Assembly (NCBI GenBank): GCA_022340465.1
Contig: JAJDNW010000071.1
Location: 18,606-82,605 of the forward strand
DNA length: 64,000 nucleotides
Reading direction: 5' to 3'
Source: Deltaproteobacteria bacterium
GTDB lineage: Bacteria; Desulfobacterota; Desulfobacteria; Desulfobacterales; B30-G6
Below the pieces are notes generated by a model. It did no database searches, was not told the DNA's origin, and saw only the letters and a list, made by a program, of their open reading frames with translations. Below are positions 38,924-48,901 of the stretch, in pieces (the first letter of the stretch is position 1; every line of letters begins with the position of its first letter). The position numbers and the translations under genes were made by a program.

Positions 38924-41527
38924 ATGGAAGAAAAATACAATCCCGGTTCAATCGAGGGCAGGTGGCAGAGCGTCTGGGAAGAGGACCGCCTGTTCAAAGT
39001 TGACACCGATCAGAACCGAGAAAAATACTATCTTTTGGAAATGTTTCCCTACCCTTCGGGGAATATTCACATGGGCCACGTGCGCAACTACACGATCGGA
39101 GACGTGGTGGCGCGCTACAAAAGGATGCGGGGGTTCAATGTGCTCCATCCCATGGGTTGGGACGCCTTCGGAATGCCCGCTGAAAACGCGGCCATCGCCA
39201 ACGGCAGCCACCCGGCCAAATGGACCTATGCGAACATCGCCAACATGCGTTCTCAGCTGAAAAAAATCGGCTTTTCATATGACTGGGACCGGGAGCTGGC
39301 CACCTGCCAGCCTGATTATTACCGCTGGGAGCAGTGGCTGTTTCTGAAAATGTACGAAAAGGGCCTGGCGTATCGAAAAGAATCGTATGTCAACTGGTGC
39401 GATCCCTGTCAGACGGTTCTGGCCAACGAACAGGTGGAAGCCGGGATGTGCTGGCGGTGCGGCCGGGAGGTTCGCCAGAAGAAGCTGTGGCAGTGGTTTT
39501 TCAAGATTACGGATTATGCCGAAGATTTGCTGGTCCACTGCGACAGACTCCCGGGATGGCCCGAAAAGGTCATCACCATGCAGAAGAACTGGATCGGCAA
39601 GAGCACCGGAGCGGAGATACGCTTTCCCATCGCGGGCAGGGATGGTGGGCAGCATGATGCGATATCCGTTTTCACGACCCGTCAGGACACCGTTTTCGGG
39701 GCCACCTTCATGTGCCTGGCACCCGAGCATCCACTGGTGAAAGATCTCGCGAAGGGTTCGGAGCAGGAAACGGCGGTCGATGAATTCGTGGAACGCATGT
39801 CCCGTCAGGACCGGACCGCCAAGGCCGTGGAGAGCTATGAAAAAGAAGGCGTTTTTACCGGCGCCTATTGCCTGAACCCGATGACCGGCAGAAAGATGCC
39901 CATTTATACAGCCAATTTCGCCCTCATGGCGTACGGCACCGGTGCCGTCATGAGTGTACCGGCCCACGACCAGCGTGATTTCGACTTTGCCCGCAAATAC
40001 GGGCTGGAGATAATTGTTGTGGTCAACCCGGAAGGTGAGGACCTGACCGCGCAAGCGCTCGAGGAGGCCTACACCGGACCGGGGGTGATGACCAATTCCG
40101 GGGATTTCGACGGCATGCCCAACACGGAGGCAATGGACGCCATCGCCAGGCACCTGGAAGCCAATGACATGGGCCAAAAAACCGTGTCCTATCGGCTGCG
40201 CGACTGGGGTATTTCCAGACAGCGATACTGGGGGGCGCCCATCCCCATGATTCACTGCCCTACCTGTGGGGTCGTGCCGGTGCCGGAGGAGGATCTGCCC
40301 ATTCTGCTGCCCGAGGATGCCAACCTGCTGGCGGGGGGCGGTTCGCCGCTGCCGGAACTAGACTATTTTGCCAGGACAACCTGCCCCACGTGCGGCTCCA
40401 AGGAGGCCCGCCGGGAAACGGACACCATGGATACCTTCGTGGAATCCTCCTGGTACTACGAACGCTACTGCAGCCCCGATTACGACGCAGGGATGTTCGA
40501 TAAAAATGCCGTGGATTACTGGATGCCGGTGGATCAGTACATCGGAGGTGTGGAGCACGCCATTCTGCACCTCCTTTATTCCCGTTTTTATACCCGTGTC
40601 CTGCATGACATGGGCCTGGTCAAGTACAAGGAGCCGTTCACCAGGCTTCTGACACAAGGCATGGTTTGCAAAGAGACCGCCGCCTGTCCGGACCATGGCT
40701 TCCTGCTGCCGGAAAACATAGCGGTCGAGCAGGGAAAGCCGGTATGTGCGATCTGCGCCAAGGCCGCCGTTATCGGACGGGTGGAGAAGATGTCCAAATC
40801 CAAAAAAAACGTGATCGACCCCAATATTCTGCTGGACAAGTACGGTGCGGATACGACGCGCCTCTTTTGTCTGTTTGCCGCCCCGCCGGAAAGAGATCTG
40901 GAATGGAGCGAACAGGGGGTGGACGGCGGATTTCGTTTTTTGAACAGGGTGTGGCGGTTTGCAGCGACCTGGATGGATGCCATCAAGGACGTCGACCCTT
41001 ACACGGGTGCGCCCGACGCACTGCAGGGGGACGTGAAAAACCTCTATAAAAAAACCCATGAAACCATTCAGCGGGTCACGCGGGACATCGAAGACCGCTT
41101 TCACTTCAACACCGCCATCAGCGCGGTAATGGAACTGGTCAACGCGATGTACGCGCTGGAGGAACCTGCAGAGGCACCCGAAAGGGACCGTGTGGTCAGG
41201 TTCGCCGTGGAGTCGGCCATCCTGCTCCTGTCGCCGATCGTACCGCATTTTGCCGAGGAGATCTGGGCCGCCATGGGCCATCAGACCAGCATTCTGCTGG
41301 CGGATTGGCCTTCGTTCAGGAAAGATGCCCTGGTAAAAGATGAACTGTTGATTGTGGTTCAGGTCAATGGAAAGGTCCGAAGCCGTTTCACGGCCGATGT
41401 CGGTGCCGATGACCAATTTCTGCGGCAGACCGCGCTGGCCGACGAGAGGGTATTGACGTTCATTGCCGGAAAGCCCGTCAAAAAGGTGGTGGTGGTGAAG
41501 AAGAAACTGGTCAATATCGTTGTATGA
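38924..41527 (+). CDS. leuS: Leucine--tRNA ligase
   Basis: Contains the HIGH-type motif [13 protein letters not shown] and KMSKSKKN. At 867 aa it has the bacterial LeuS layout. Confidence 0.95.
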   Translation: MEEKYNPGSIEGRWQSVWEEDRLFKVDTDQNREKYYLLEMFPYPSGNIHMGHVRNYTIGDVVARYKRMRGFNVLHPMGWDAFGMPAENAAIANGSHPAKWTYANIANMRSQLKKIGFSYDWDRELATCQPDYYRWEQWLFLKMYEKGLAYRKESYVNWCDPCQTVLANEQVEAGMCWRCGREVRQKKLWQWFFKITDYAEDLLVHCDRLPGWPEKVITMQKNWIGKSTGAEIRFPIAGRDGGQHDAISVFTTRQDTVFGATFMCLAPEHPLVKDLAKGSEQETAVDEFVERMSRQDRTAKAVESYEKEGVFTGAYCLNPMTGRKMPIYTANFALMAYGTGAVMSVPAHDQRDFDFARKYGLEIIVVVNPEGEDLTAQALEEAYTGPGVMTNSGDFDGMPNTEAMDAIARHLEANDMGQKTVSYRLRDWGISRQRYWGAPIPMIHCPTCGVVPVPEEDLPILLPEDANLLAGGGSPLPELDYFARTTCPTCGSKEARRETDTMDTFVESSWYYERYCSPDYDAGMFDKNAVDYWMPVDQYIGGVEHAILHLLYSRFYTRVLHDMGLVKYKEPFTRLLTQGMVCKETAACPDHGFLLPENIAVEQGKPVCAICAKAAVIGRVEKMSKSKKNVIDPNILLDKYGADTTRLFCLFAAPPERDLEWSEQGVDGGFRFLNRVWRFAATWMDAIKDVDPYTGAPDALQGDVKNLYKKTHETIQRVTRDIEDRFHFNTAISAVMELVNAMYALEEPAEAPERDRVVRFAVESAILLLSPIVPHFAEEIWAAMGHQTSILLADWPSFRKDALVKDELLIVVQVNGKVRSRFTADVGADDQFLRQTALADERVLTFIAGKPVKKVVVVKKKLVNIVV

Positions 41528-41567
41528 CAACGCCCCTCCCCCCCGTTTGCCGGGCGGAGGCGGGTCA

Positions 41568-42206
41568 ATGGGGTCCCGGATAAAGGAAAGAAAGACGCAG
41601 CTCGCTATGACCGATTTCGATGGGGACAAACTGCTCCGCAGGGATATGTCTGGTGCTGTGAAAAAAGCGGTGGGGGCGTGGCTTATCCCGCTCAGGATCG
41701 TATGGTTGACGGCGATTGTCTGCGGATGCGCGGCGATCGTGGCTTCCTGCGGTTACCGCTTTCCGGGGGGTGGGGGTCCGCCCAAGGGGCTGGAAACCAT
41801 TTTCATCGGCCTGATTGAAAACAGGACGTCCGAAATCGGTGTGGAAATCGACCTCACCAACCAATTGAAAAATGAGTTCAGCAGAAAATACGGGGGGCAG
41901 CTGGCTCCCGAAGACCGGGCACAAGGGATTTTATCAGGAAAAATAACGGGAGTTCGTTCCTGGACGGTGGCCAGACGCGGTGCGCAGGCCTCCCTGGAGA
42001 AAAGGGTATCGGTAACGATCGACCTGACGTTGAAAAATCAGGCCGGTGAGGTGCTCTGGTTCACTCGGGGAATGACCGATTCCGAGGTTTACACCGTGGA
42101 ACAGAGTGACAAGGCGTTGACGGAAAGCAACAAAAGGAAGGCCATCGAAGTGGTTTGCCTGCGGTTGGGCGAGGATGCGTATTACCGGATGACGGACGAC
42201 TTCTGA
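41568..42206 (+). CDS. lptE: LptE-like outer-membrane lipoprotein
   Basis: The position directly after leuS is a conserved proteobacterial pairing. Lipobox AIVASCGYRF is present. The start is uncertain: ATG at 41568 with a GGAGG SD, or ATG at 41607 or 41646. Confidence 0.6.
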   Translation: MGSRIKERKTQLAMTDFDGDKLLRRDMSGAVKKAVGAWLIPLRIVWLTAIVCGCAAIVASCGYRFPGGGGPPKGLETIFIGLIENRTSEIGVEIDLTNQLKNEFSRKYGGQLAPEDRAQGILSGKITGVRSWTVARRGAQASLEKRVSVTIDLTLKNQAGEVLWFTRGMTDSEVYTVEQSDKALTESNKRKAIEVVCLRLGEDAYYRMTDDF

Positions 42207-42317
42207 GGCTGACGATGTTGCGGCTCTCGCGAATATCTACAAACCTGGAAGAAAACTCCGTCCGGTACGGGACCGGGACGGAGTCGAATACGGGGTAGCG
42301 GTTTTGTCGTAAGGCGT

Positions 42318-42581
42318 TTACGAGGCTGAATTCACCAGCCTGGCCAGACGGGATATTTTCCTGCCGGCGGCTCGCTTGTGAATAACGCCTTTTTTGGCGG
42401 CTTTGTCGATGGTGGATTTCGCTGCATTCAGCTTTTCAACGATCTGGTCGTTGGCTCCGTCTCCGACCGCCAGGCGCACGTCCTTGACGACATTTTTCAC
42501 TCTGGTTTTGGTCGTTTTATTGCGCATCCGCTTGTTTTCTGTTTGCCGGGCGCGTTTCAACGCTGATTTATGATTGGCCAA
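42318..42581 (-). CDS. rpsT: 30S ribosomal protein S20
   Basis: MANHKSALKRARQTENKRMRNKTTKTRVKN... is a canonical S20 N-terminus. Confidence 0.95.
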   Translation of the reverse strand: MANHKSALKRARQTENKRMRNKTTKTRVKNVVKDVRLAVGDGANDQIVEKLNAAKSTIDKAAKKGVIHKRAAGRKISRLARLVNSAS

Positions 42582-42762
42582 TGTTTTGAACTCCTTTCCA
42601 GATTGATTTTCGTATAAATAAATTTAAATATAGAAGCCAGAATAAGATGTCAACAGCTTTTTGTCAACGCCCCCTGTTTTCCGGCCCCTTCACCGCAAAA
42701 CGCCTGGGATGCAAAAAAGGCCTCCTTTCCGGCCCGGTGTCAGTTCCCGACGGACGGCAGCG

Positions 42763-44319
42763 ATGACGGAAAACAGGCAGGTAACCCGGGCTGCGGGAAT
42801 CGTGGGGGGGGCGACGTTTTTGAGCAGGATCTTCGGATTCGTCAGGGACGTCGTCATCGCGGGCTTTTTCGGCGCGGGTATGGCATCCGACGCTTTTTTC
42901 GTGGCCTTCAGGATCCCCAATCTGCTGCGCAGGCTGTTTGCCGAAGGTTCCCTGACGGTGGCTTTCATTCCCGTTTTTTCCGAATACCTCACCCGCCAGG
43001 GGCGTGAGGAAGCCTTTCGTCTTGCCCGGTCCGCCATGCGCATGCTTTCGGCCATACTGGCGGCGGTAGCGGTGCTGGGCATCCTGCTCTCCCCGCTGAT
43101 CATCAAGGTCATCGCACCGGGTTTTACGGCGCTGCCTGAAAAGTATCGGCTCTGCGTGGACCTGACGCGCCTGATGTTCCCCTACATCTTCTTCATCGGT
43201 CTGGTGGCCCTCTGCATGGGCATACTTAACGTACTGGGCCATTTTGCCGCTCCCGCACTGGCCCCGGTGTTTCTGAACCTGGCGATGATCGCATCCGTAT
43301 TGCTCGTTTCCCCACGCTTGGAACAACCGGTTTTTGGACTGGCGGCCGGGGTGCTTGCCGGCGGTTTGCTGCAGCTGGCGCTGCAGCTGCCGTTTCTGGC
43401 CAAAAGCGGGCTGCGGTTCTGGCAGAAGACAAAAATCTATCACCCGGGCTTGAAACGCATCGGCCTGTTGATGCTTCCGGCCGTGTTCGGTGCGGCGGTG
43501 TATCAGATCAACATACTGATCGGAACGCTGCTTGCTTCGCTGCTGCCCGAAGGCAGCGTTTCCTATCTCTACTATGCGGACCGCTTGGTGCAGTTTCCGT
43601 TGGGGATTTTTGCCATTGCGACGGCAACCGCGGTTCTGCCCAGTTTGTCGAAGCAGGTCGCCGCGTCCGATTTCGACGGTTTGCGCGACACCTTCGGCCA
43701 TGCCCTGAATTTCGTGTTTTTCATCACCATGCCGGCCATGGTCGGCATGGTGGTTTTGCGGGAACCCATCGTTCGGCTTCTGTTCCAAAGGGGAGCCTTC
43801 GACGCCGCAACCGTACGATTGACAGCCGTTGCCCTGTTGTACTATTGTGCCGGTCTTTGGGCTTTTTCCGCCGTGCGTATCGTGGTATCCGTGTTTTACG
43901 CCCTGCAGGACACCCGGACACCGGTCAAAATGGCGGTGGTCGCTATCGTCGTGAACCTGGTTGCGGGGATCGCCCTCATGCATCCGCTCAAACACGGGGG
44001 GCTGGCGCTGGCAACCTCGCTGGCATCCATGGTTAACCTGGGGCTGCTGATCTGGGCCCTGAGAGGCAGGATCGGGATGCTTGACTGGCGCGGGATGTTG
44101 TCATCGGCCCTCAGGTCCTTTGTCAATTCAGTCGTGATGGGGGGTGTCGTTTGGGGGGCGGCCCGTTTCATGCTGCCGCAGAACCAGCGTTCATCCCTTT
44201 TGCTGGGGGTCGGCGTCATTGGAGCCATCGGGGCCGGAGTGGCCGTGTATGCGATCCTGGCCTTTGTGTCCGGCAGTCCTGAACTCGGTCGGCTTGTCAG
44301 GGCGTTGCGGCGGAAATAA
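42763..44319 (+). CDS. murJ: Lipid II flippase MurJ (MviN)
   Basis: Contains AAGIVGGATFLSRIFGFVRDVVIAGFFGAGMASDAFFVAFRIPNLLRRLFAEGS with multiple TM segments. ATG at 42763 is preferred over the TTG track start. Confidence 0.9.
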   Translation: MTENRQVTRAAGIVGGATFLSRIFGFVRDVVIAGFFGAGMASDAFFVAFRIPNLLRRLFAEGSLTVAFIPVFSEYLTRQGREEAFRLARSAMRMLSAILAAVAVLGILLSPLIIKVIAPGFTALPEKYRLCVDLTRLMFPYIFFIGLVALCMGILNVLGHFAAPALAPVFLNLAMIASVLLVSPRLEQPVFGLAAGVLAGGLLQLALQLPFLAKSGLRFWQKTKIYHPGLKRIGLLMLPAVFGAAVYQINILIGTLLASLLPEGSVSYLYYADRLVQFPLGIFAIATATAVLPSLSKQVAASDFDGLRDTFGHALNFVFFITMPAMVGMVVLREPIVRLLFQRGAFDAATVRLTAVALLYYCAGLWAFSAVRIVVSVFYALQDTRTPVKMAVVAIVVNLVAGIALMHPLKHGGLALATSLASMVNLGLLIWALRGRIGMLDWRGMLSSALRSFVNSVVMGGVVWGAARFMLPQNQRSSLLLGVGVIGAIGAGVAVYAILAFVSGSPELGRLVRALRRK

Positions 44320-44350
44320 GATGGTTGGTCGAAGCCGGTGGTCTGCGAAT

Positions 44351-44659
44351 ATGGACAACAAACAAAAAATTCTGCTTTCACTGGCCGTTTTGGCGCTGTT
44401 TCCCATGTTGATCTTCATCCTTTTCAGCGACAAGGGGCTGTCAGATTTTTTTGCATTGAAAAGTGAAAGGGACCGCTTGCTGCAGGAGAATATGCGCCTG
44501 AAGAAGGAGAACGATGCCCTTTACCGGACCATCGAGCGGCTTCGCAACGACCCGGAGTACATTGAAAGCGTGGCCAGGAAGGAGTTGGGGATGATCGGAA
44601 AAGACGAGGTGATTCTGAAGCCGAAGCATTCCGTTGCCACGGAGGGGAAAGAAGAATGA
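44351..44659 (+). CDS. ftsB: Septum formation initiator FtsB/DivIC-like
   Basis: Contains a single TM segment plus the coiled coil LKSERDRLLQENMRLKKENDALYRTIERLRNDPEYIESVARKELGM. Confidence 0.75.
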   Translation: MDNKQKILLSLAVLALFPMLIFILFSDKGLSDFFALKSERDRLLQENMRLKKENDALYRTIERLRNDPEYIESVARKELGMIGKDEVILKPKHSVATEGKEE

Positions 44660-45552
44660 AGGTACTGGTTACCGGATCGAAGGGGCAGGTGGGCCGTGAG
44701 CTTCAGAACAGAGGGGCGGAAAAAGGCCTGACCATGATCGGCGTCGACATCGAAGAGATCGATATAACGGATATGCGGGCCGTTGCCCGCCTGGTGGAAG
44801 CGTCGGCCCCCGACCTTGTGGTCAATGCGGCTGCCTACACGGCGGTTGACCTTGCCGAGAGCAACCGGAAGATCGCCTTTCAGGTCAATCGGGACGGCCC
44901 GGCAAATATTGCAGCCGCATGCGCCACCGCAGGCGTTCCGCTGATTCACATATCGACCGATTATGTGTACGGCGGCGACAAGGAAGGTGCCTACACAGAG
45001 GACGACCCCATGGCCCCCCTGGGGGTGTACGCCGAAAGCAAGGCCGCCGGGGACAGACAGGTTGCGGATATCCTGAGGGCGCATGTCATCGTTCGCACCG
45101 CCTGGGTTTACAGTGTCCACGGGCACAATTTCGTCAAAACCATGCTGCGCCTCGGCAGGGACCGGGAGCGGCTAACCGTTGTGGACGACCAAGAGGGCTG
45201 CCCCACGGATGCGGCCGACCTGGCTGCGGCGATTCTCGATATCGTCGGCTCTTTTCAGCGCGAAGGCGACGCTCCCTGGGGAACCTACCACTATTGCGGC
45301 GGCGGGCACACTACCTGGCATGGCTTTGCTTCCATGGTGTTCGAGATCGCCGCCCGATACGAGACCTTCAACGTCAGGAGCATCCAACCGGTTCCAACCT
45401 CCGCCTACCCCACGCCGGCGAAACGGCCCGCCAATTCCGTTCTGGACTGTTCCAAGATCAAAGCGGCGTTCGGCATCGTTCCGCCGCCGTGGGAGAAGAG
45501 CCTGGCGGGCATGCTGGACCGATTGTATCGCCGGAAGGGCGTTGCAGAATAA
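44656..45552 (+). CDS. rfbD: dTDP-4-dehydrorhamnose reductase
   Basis: Contains MKVLVTGSKGQVGREL, NAAAYTAVDLAE, STDYVYGGDK and YAESKAAGD (YxxxK). Its start overlaps the ftsB stop by 4 nt. Confidence 0.85.
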   Translation: MKVLVTGSKGQVGRELQNRGAEKGLTMIGVDIEEIDITDMRAVARLVEASAPDLVVNAAAYTAVDLAESNRKIAFQVNRDGPANIAAACATAGVPLIHISTDYVYGGDKEGAYTEDDPMAPLGVYAESKAAGDRQVADILRAHVIVRTAWVYSVHGHNFVKTMLRLGRDRERLTVVDDQEGCPTDAADLAAAILDIVGSFQREGDAPWGTYHYCGGGHTTWHGFASMVFEIAARYETFNVRSIQPVPTSAYPTPAKRPANSVLDCSKIKAAFGIVPPPWEKSLAGMLDRLYRRKGVAE

Positions 45553-45712
45553 TCTTTTTAGAGAATACGTTTCAATTTTCCTGCGAATCGAAATCGGGTG
45601 GGGGCCGTTTCGATAGCGATTTCGATTTGGTTGGTGCTGTTTGACCGGACGGTTTCCAGCGGTTTGCCGCGGTGACTTTTCATTGAGGAATACAGAGAGG
45701 AGTGACGTGAAC

Positions 45713-47389
45713 ATGCAGAAAAATACAAGCAATGAACATCTGCCGGCCGAGACGGTCAGTGTGTGTCCCTCGGGTGAATCCTTTCCCCTGCCCGACGAGG
45801 CCGCCTACCGGGAAGAGCATGAGAAGCTGAAGAAAATAGTAGCGGCTCAGCGCGAAAAGGGGCGTGAAATCGTTGTGGTAATGGGGGTCGGGTTTGTAGG
45901 GGCGGTCATGGCCGGAGTGGTGGCCGATTCCACGCGGAAGGGGACGGACGATCCGTTTTATTTTGTCATCGGCATGCAGCGGCCCTCGACCAGATCATAT
46001 TGGAAGATTCCCTACCTGAACAGGGGGGTGGCTCCGGTCGAGGCCGAGGACCCCGAGGTCGCCCCTTTGATCGAACGCTGTGTCCGGCAGCGCAAAAACC
46101 TCACGGCCACCTTTTCATACGAGGCGCTTTCACTGGCCGATGTGGTGGTGGTTGACGTTCAGTGTGATTACCAGAAAGAGACCTTGGGAGATGTCCGTAA
46201 AGGGCACGCGGACATAGCGGCCCTCGAAGACAGTCTCAAGGTGATCGGCGAGAAAATCGATGCCGGATGCCTGGTTCTCATCGAAACGACGGTTCCGCCC
46301 GGAACAACCGAGTACGTGGCCTATCCGATCATTAAAAAAGCGTTTGAAAAAAGGGGAATACAGGGCACGGAACCCCTGCTGGCCCACTCCTTCGAAAGGG
46401 TCATGCCCGGCAAGAATTACGTGGCCTCCATTCGTGATTTCTGGAGGGTCTGCAGCGGGATCAACGATGTTGCCCGTGACCGCGTCAAGCAGTTTTTGTC
46501 CAATGTGCTCAACGTCGATGAATACCCCTTGACGGTTCTGGATCGTCCGATTGAGAGTGAAACCTGCAAAATTGTGGAGAATTCATACCGGGCAACGATT
46601 CTGGCCTTTCTGGATGAGTGGAGCCGCTTCGCCGAGCGGAACCAGGTGGATTTGACCAAGGTAATCAAGGCGATCAAGGTGAGACCGACCCATTCCAACA
46701 TCCTTTTTCCCGGCCCCGGCATCGGGGGCTACTGCCTGCCCAAGGACGGGGGGCTGGGCGTGTGGGCCTACAACACCCTGATGGGATTCGACGATGACAT
46801 CTTCAAGATTACCCCGGCAGCCATCGATATAAACGACACGCGTGCGCTGCATGTAGCGGAGCTTGTCAGGGACGCGTTGAGAAACATGGGCAAAATCGTT
46901 GCGGCGTCCAGGGTCGCGCTCCTGGGCGCTTCCTACCGGGAAGATGTCGGCGACACGCGATACAGCGGTTCGGAGCTCATCGTACGCAAGCTGACGGAGA
47001 TGGGCGGGGAGGTAGTGGTTCACGATCCCTACGTCAAGCACTGGTGGGAGTTGGAAAAGCAGGACACCTACCCGGCCACGGGTAAATCGTGGTCCCGCTT
47101 TTTCCGCAACCAGGAGGATCTCGGCAGCATGCGGATGCAGGCAAACCTGCCGGAAACCCTGCAAGGGGTGGATGCGGTCGTGCTGGCGGTAAGACATCGG
47201 CACTACCTGGCGCTCACTCCTGAAAAGGTTTTGGAGATGACCGGTTGTCCGGTTGCCGTGATCGACTGCTTCGGGATTCTGGACGATGATTCCATCCGCC
47301 GCTATTTTGAATTGGGATGCGAGGTCAAGGGACTGGGGCGCGGCCACGTACAGCGCATTAAGAAGTCGCTCCTCAGCAATAAGTCTTAA
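45713..47389 (+). CDS. Nucleotide-sugar dehydrogenase family protein (long form)
   Basis: Contains the Rossmann segment VVMGVGFVGAVMAGVVA, a central catalytic region with GIGGYCLPKDG (catalytic Cys context), and a C-terminal UDP-binding-like domain. Confidence 0.75.
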   Translation: MQKNTSNEHLPAETVSVCPSGESFPLPDEAAYREEHEKLKKIVAAQREKGREIVVVMGVGFVGAVMAGVVADSTRKGTDDPFYFVIGMQRPSTRSYWKIPYLNRGVAPVEAEDPEVAPLIERCVRQRKNLTATFSYEALSLADVVVVDVQCDYQKETLGDVRKGHADIAALEDSLKVIGEKIDAGCLVLIETTVPPGTTEYVAYPIIKKAFEKRGIQGTEPLLAHSFERVMPGKNYVASIRDFWRVCSGINDVARDRVKQFLSNVLNVDEYPLTVLDRPIESETCKIVENSYRATILAFLDEWSRFAERNQVDLTKVIKAIKVRPTHSNILFPGPGIGGYCLPKDGGLGVWAYNTLMGFDDDIFKITPAAIDINDTRALHVAELVRDALRNMGKIVAASRVALLGASYREDVGDTRYSGSELIVRKLTEMGGEVVVHDPYVKHWWELEKQDTYPATGKSWSRFFRNQEDLGSMRMQANLPETLQGVDAVVLAVRHRHYLALTPEKVLEMTGCPVAVIDCFGILDDDSIRRYFELGCEVKGLGRGHVQRIKKSLLSNKS

Positions 47390-47434
47390 TTTTGCGCCCA
47401 AAAGCCGCCAAGTGATATGTAATGGAAAAAATAC

Positions 47435-47652
47435 GGGTCTGTAACCCAAAATAGGGCACAACGATTGCCGAGGAATAATACCGCCCCGCGGCCGGCAGGC
47501 GTTTACCTTGTTATTGGTTATAGGTCCGAAAAAGTAATGCCAATCACGAAAGCGGGAAAGCACGAAAATTTTCATGGTCTTTTTCGTGTTTTTGGACGTT
47601 CGTGTCTTCGTGATAAATGAGCTTTATCTTTTCCGGTTTATCCGGGTTGGGC
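47435..47652 (+). repeat. Structured intergenic repeat element, copy B (CACGAAAG-hairpin family), composite
   Basis: 47524-47652 matches 19826-19954. 47435-47482 is the reverse complement (with mismatches) of 19781-19828. A 25-nt GC-rich spacer and a partial direct copy of the same module follow. The element ends 8 nt before the stop of the convergent hydrolase gene. Confidence 0.85.
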
Positions 47653-47659
47653 CGTATCT

Positions 47660-48622
47660 CTATGAGAAAAGGCCCAGCATGAACCGGTCGTACCAGGCGG
47701 AGCCGAGCAGGCTGTCGATAAAGCCGTTGTGCCCGCCTCTATCGTGAATGATGAGATCCACGGTTGCCGGTGTCCGAAGGCGGTAAAAATCGGCAACCGG
47801 TATGACCGGGTCGTCCGCCGCCGTGACGACCGTCGTGGGGACCGGAATCTGCGCCAGGTTCCTTTCGCGGACCCCGTAGCCTCTGAAGTAGGTGGCAGTG
47901 TCCGGGTAATCGGAGTAGCGCTCCAGCAGCGCGTCGGTCATCTCCCGTATGGACCCGAGGCGCAGGATGTCGGTGAAATCGTAGCGGTCCGGGAAAAGAC
48001 GCTGCTTTCTATTCAGCGACTGTTTCCATTTTTTCATGAAATAGAAGAGCAGCAGGGGATTTCCGTCGATTCTGTCGGTGGCCTTGTCCGGGTCGAGAAC
48101 CGGGCTGATGCTGACGATGTGCGCCAGACCCGGGATGGGCCTTTCCCTGCAAAGGCGGGCGATGCGCAGGGCAAAGTTACCACCCAGGGAAAACCCGGCC
48201 AGAAAAACGGGCAGACCGTTTGATAAGCGGGCGGCCTGTTCGACCGCGCGGTAAACCTCTTCCAGTCGGGTGGCGTAGAACAAGCCTTTGTTCAAGTGAT
48301 GGCTGTCTCCGTGGTCCCGGTAGTTGATCCTGAAAACGGCGAAGTCGTGCCTGAAGAGATATCGGCCGCAGCTGAGCATGTAGGTTGAATTGACGCTGCC
48401 CTCCCAGCCGTGCAGCAGAATGACCAACCCCTTGGCGCGTTTTTCCGCAACGGGTGCATGCAATCCGGACAAGCGGATGCCGCTGCCCCCATCGAGGAGG
48501 TGCTCCCGGGAGGCTCCTATCATGGGATTTTTGCCCAGCCTCCTCAGGCGGGCGCTCGCCATCACGGTCTGCAGGGCAGGGTGACGGATATACACAGGCG
48601 GGTTGAAGGCTCTACTTGTCAT
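47660..48622 (-). CDS. Alpha/beta-fold hydrolase (YheT/ABHD-like)
   Basis: Contains LVILLHGWEGSVNS, the nucleophile elbow GFSLGGN, and distal DDPVIP / GGHNGF. ATG at 48622 gives MTSRAFNPP...; the track start at 48658 is a TTG inside a repeat box. Confidence 0.75.
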   Translation of the reverse strand: MTSRAFNPPVYIRHPALQTVMASARLRRLGKNPMIGASREHLLDGGSGIRLSGLHAPVAEKRAKGLVILLHGWEGSVNSTYMLSCGRYLFRHDFAVFRINYRDHGDSHHLNKGLFYATRLEEVYRAVEQAARLSNGLPVFLAGFSLGGNFALRIARLCRERPIPGLAHIVSISPVLDPDKATDRIDGNPLLLFYFMKKWKQSLNRKQRLFPDRYDFTDILRLGSIREMTDALLERYSDYPDTATYFRGYGVRERNLAQIPVPTTVVTAADDPVIPVADFYRLRTPATVDLIIHDRGGHNGFIDSLLGSAWYDRFMLGLFS

Positions 48623-48624
48623 CG

Positions 48625-48658
48625 CATTTGAAACGCTCAATTTACCCCAGCGTTGCAA
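48625..48658 (-). repeat. Long form of the intergenic box: TTGCAACGCTGGGGTAAA + TTGAGCGTTTCAAATG
   Basis: The minus strand reads TTGCAACGCTGGGGTAAATTGAGCGTTTCAAATG, ending 2 nt before the hydrolase ATG. The first 18 nt recur exactly at 56145-56162. Confidence 0.7.
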
Positions 48659-48901
48659 CTCGCGGGGGTTATGCTTGCATTATCGCTGCCGCGCTATATG
48701 ATGGAAACGCGGCAGCCGTTGAATTGAAAAAAACGAGTCCCTGCTGTCGGCATTTTCCTCCGTTTGTCGGAACGCAGCCAAGATCCCGGCCCCTCCCAGG
48801 GGCTTTTATCCTGATGCCGGTTATCCGAGCGAAAACTAATGAAGAAGGTGTGAAGAATCAAGACAAAAATTTTGCCGCGACGCTGAAACCTTACGCCTAA
48901 A

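Noticed and set aside
48625-48658. Sigma54 (-24 GG / -12 GC) reading of TGGGGTAAATTGAGC in the long box. An ECF-type TGCAAC-N16-CGT reading was also considered.
   Set aside because: The GG/GC spacing fits only this copy. The short-box copies at 7013, 18159 and 57300 lack a GG at -24. The ECF-like spacing is 16 nt here but 10-11 nt in the other copies.
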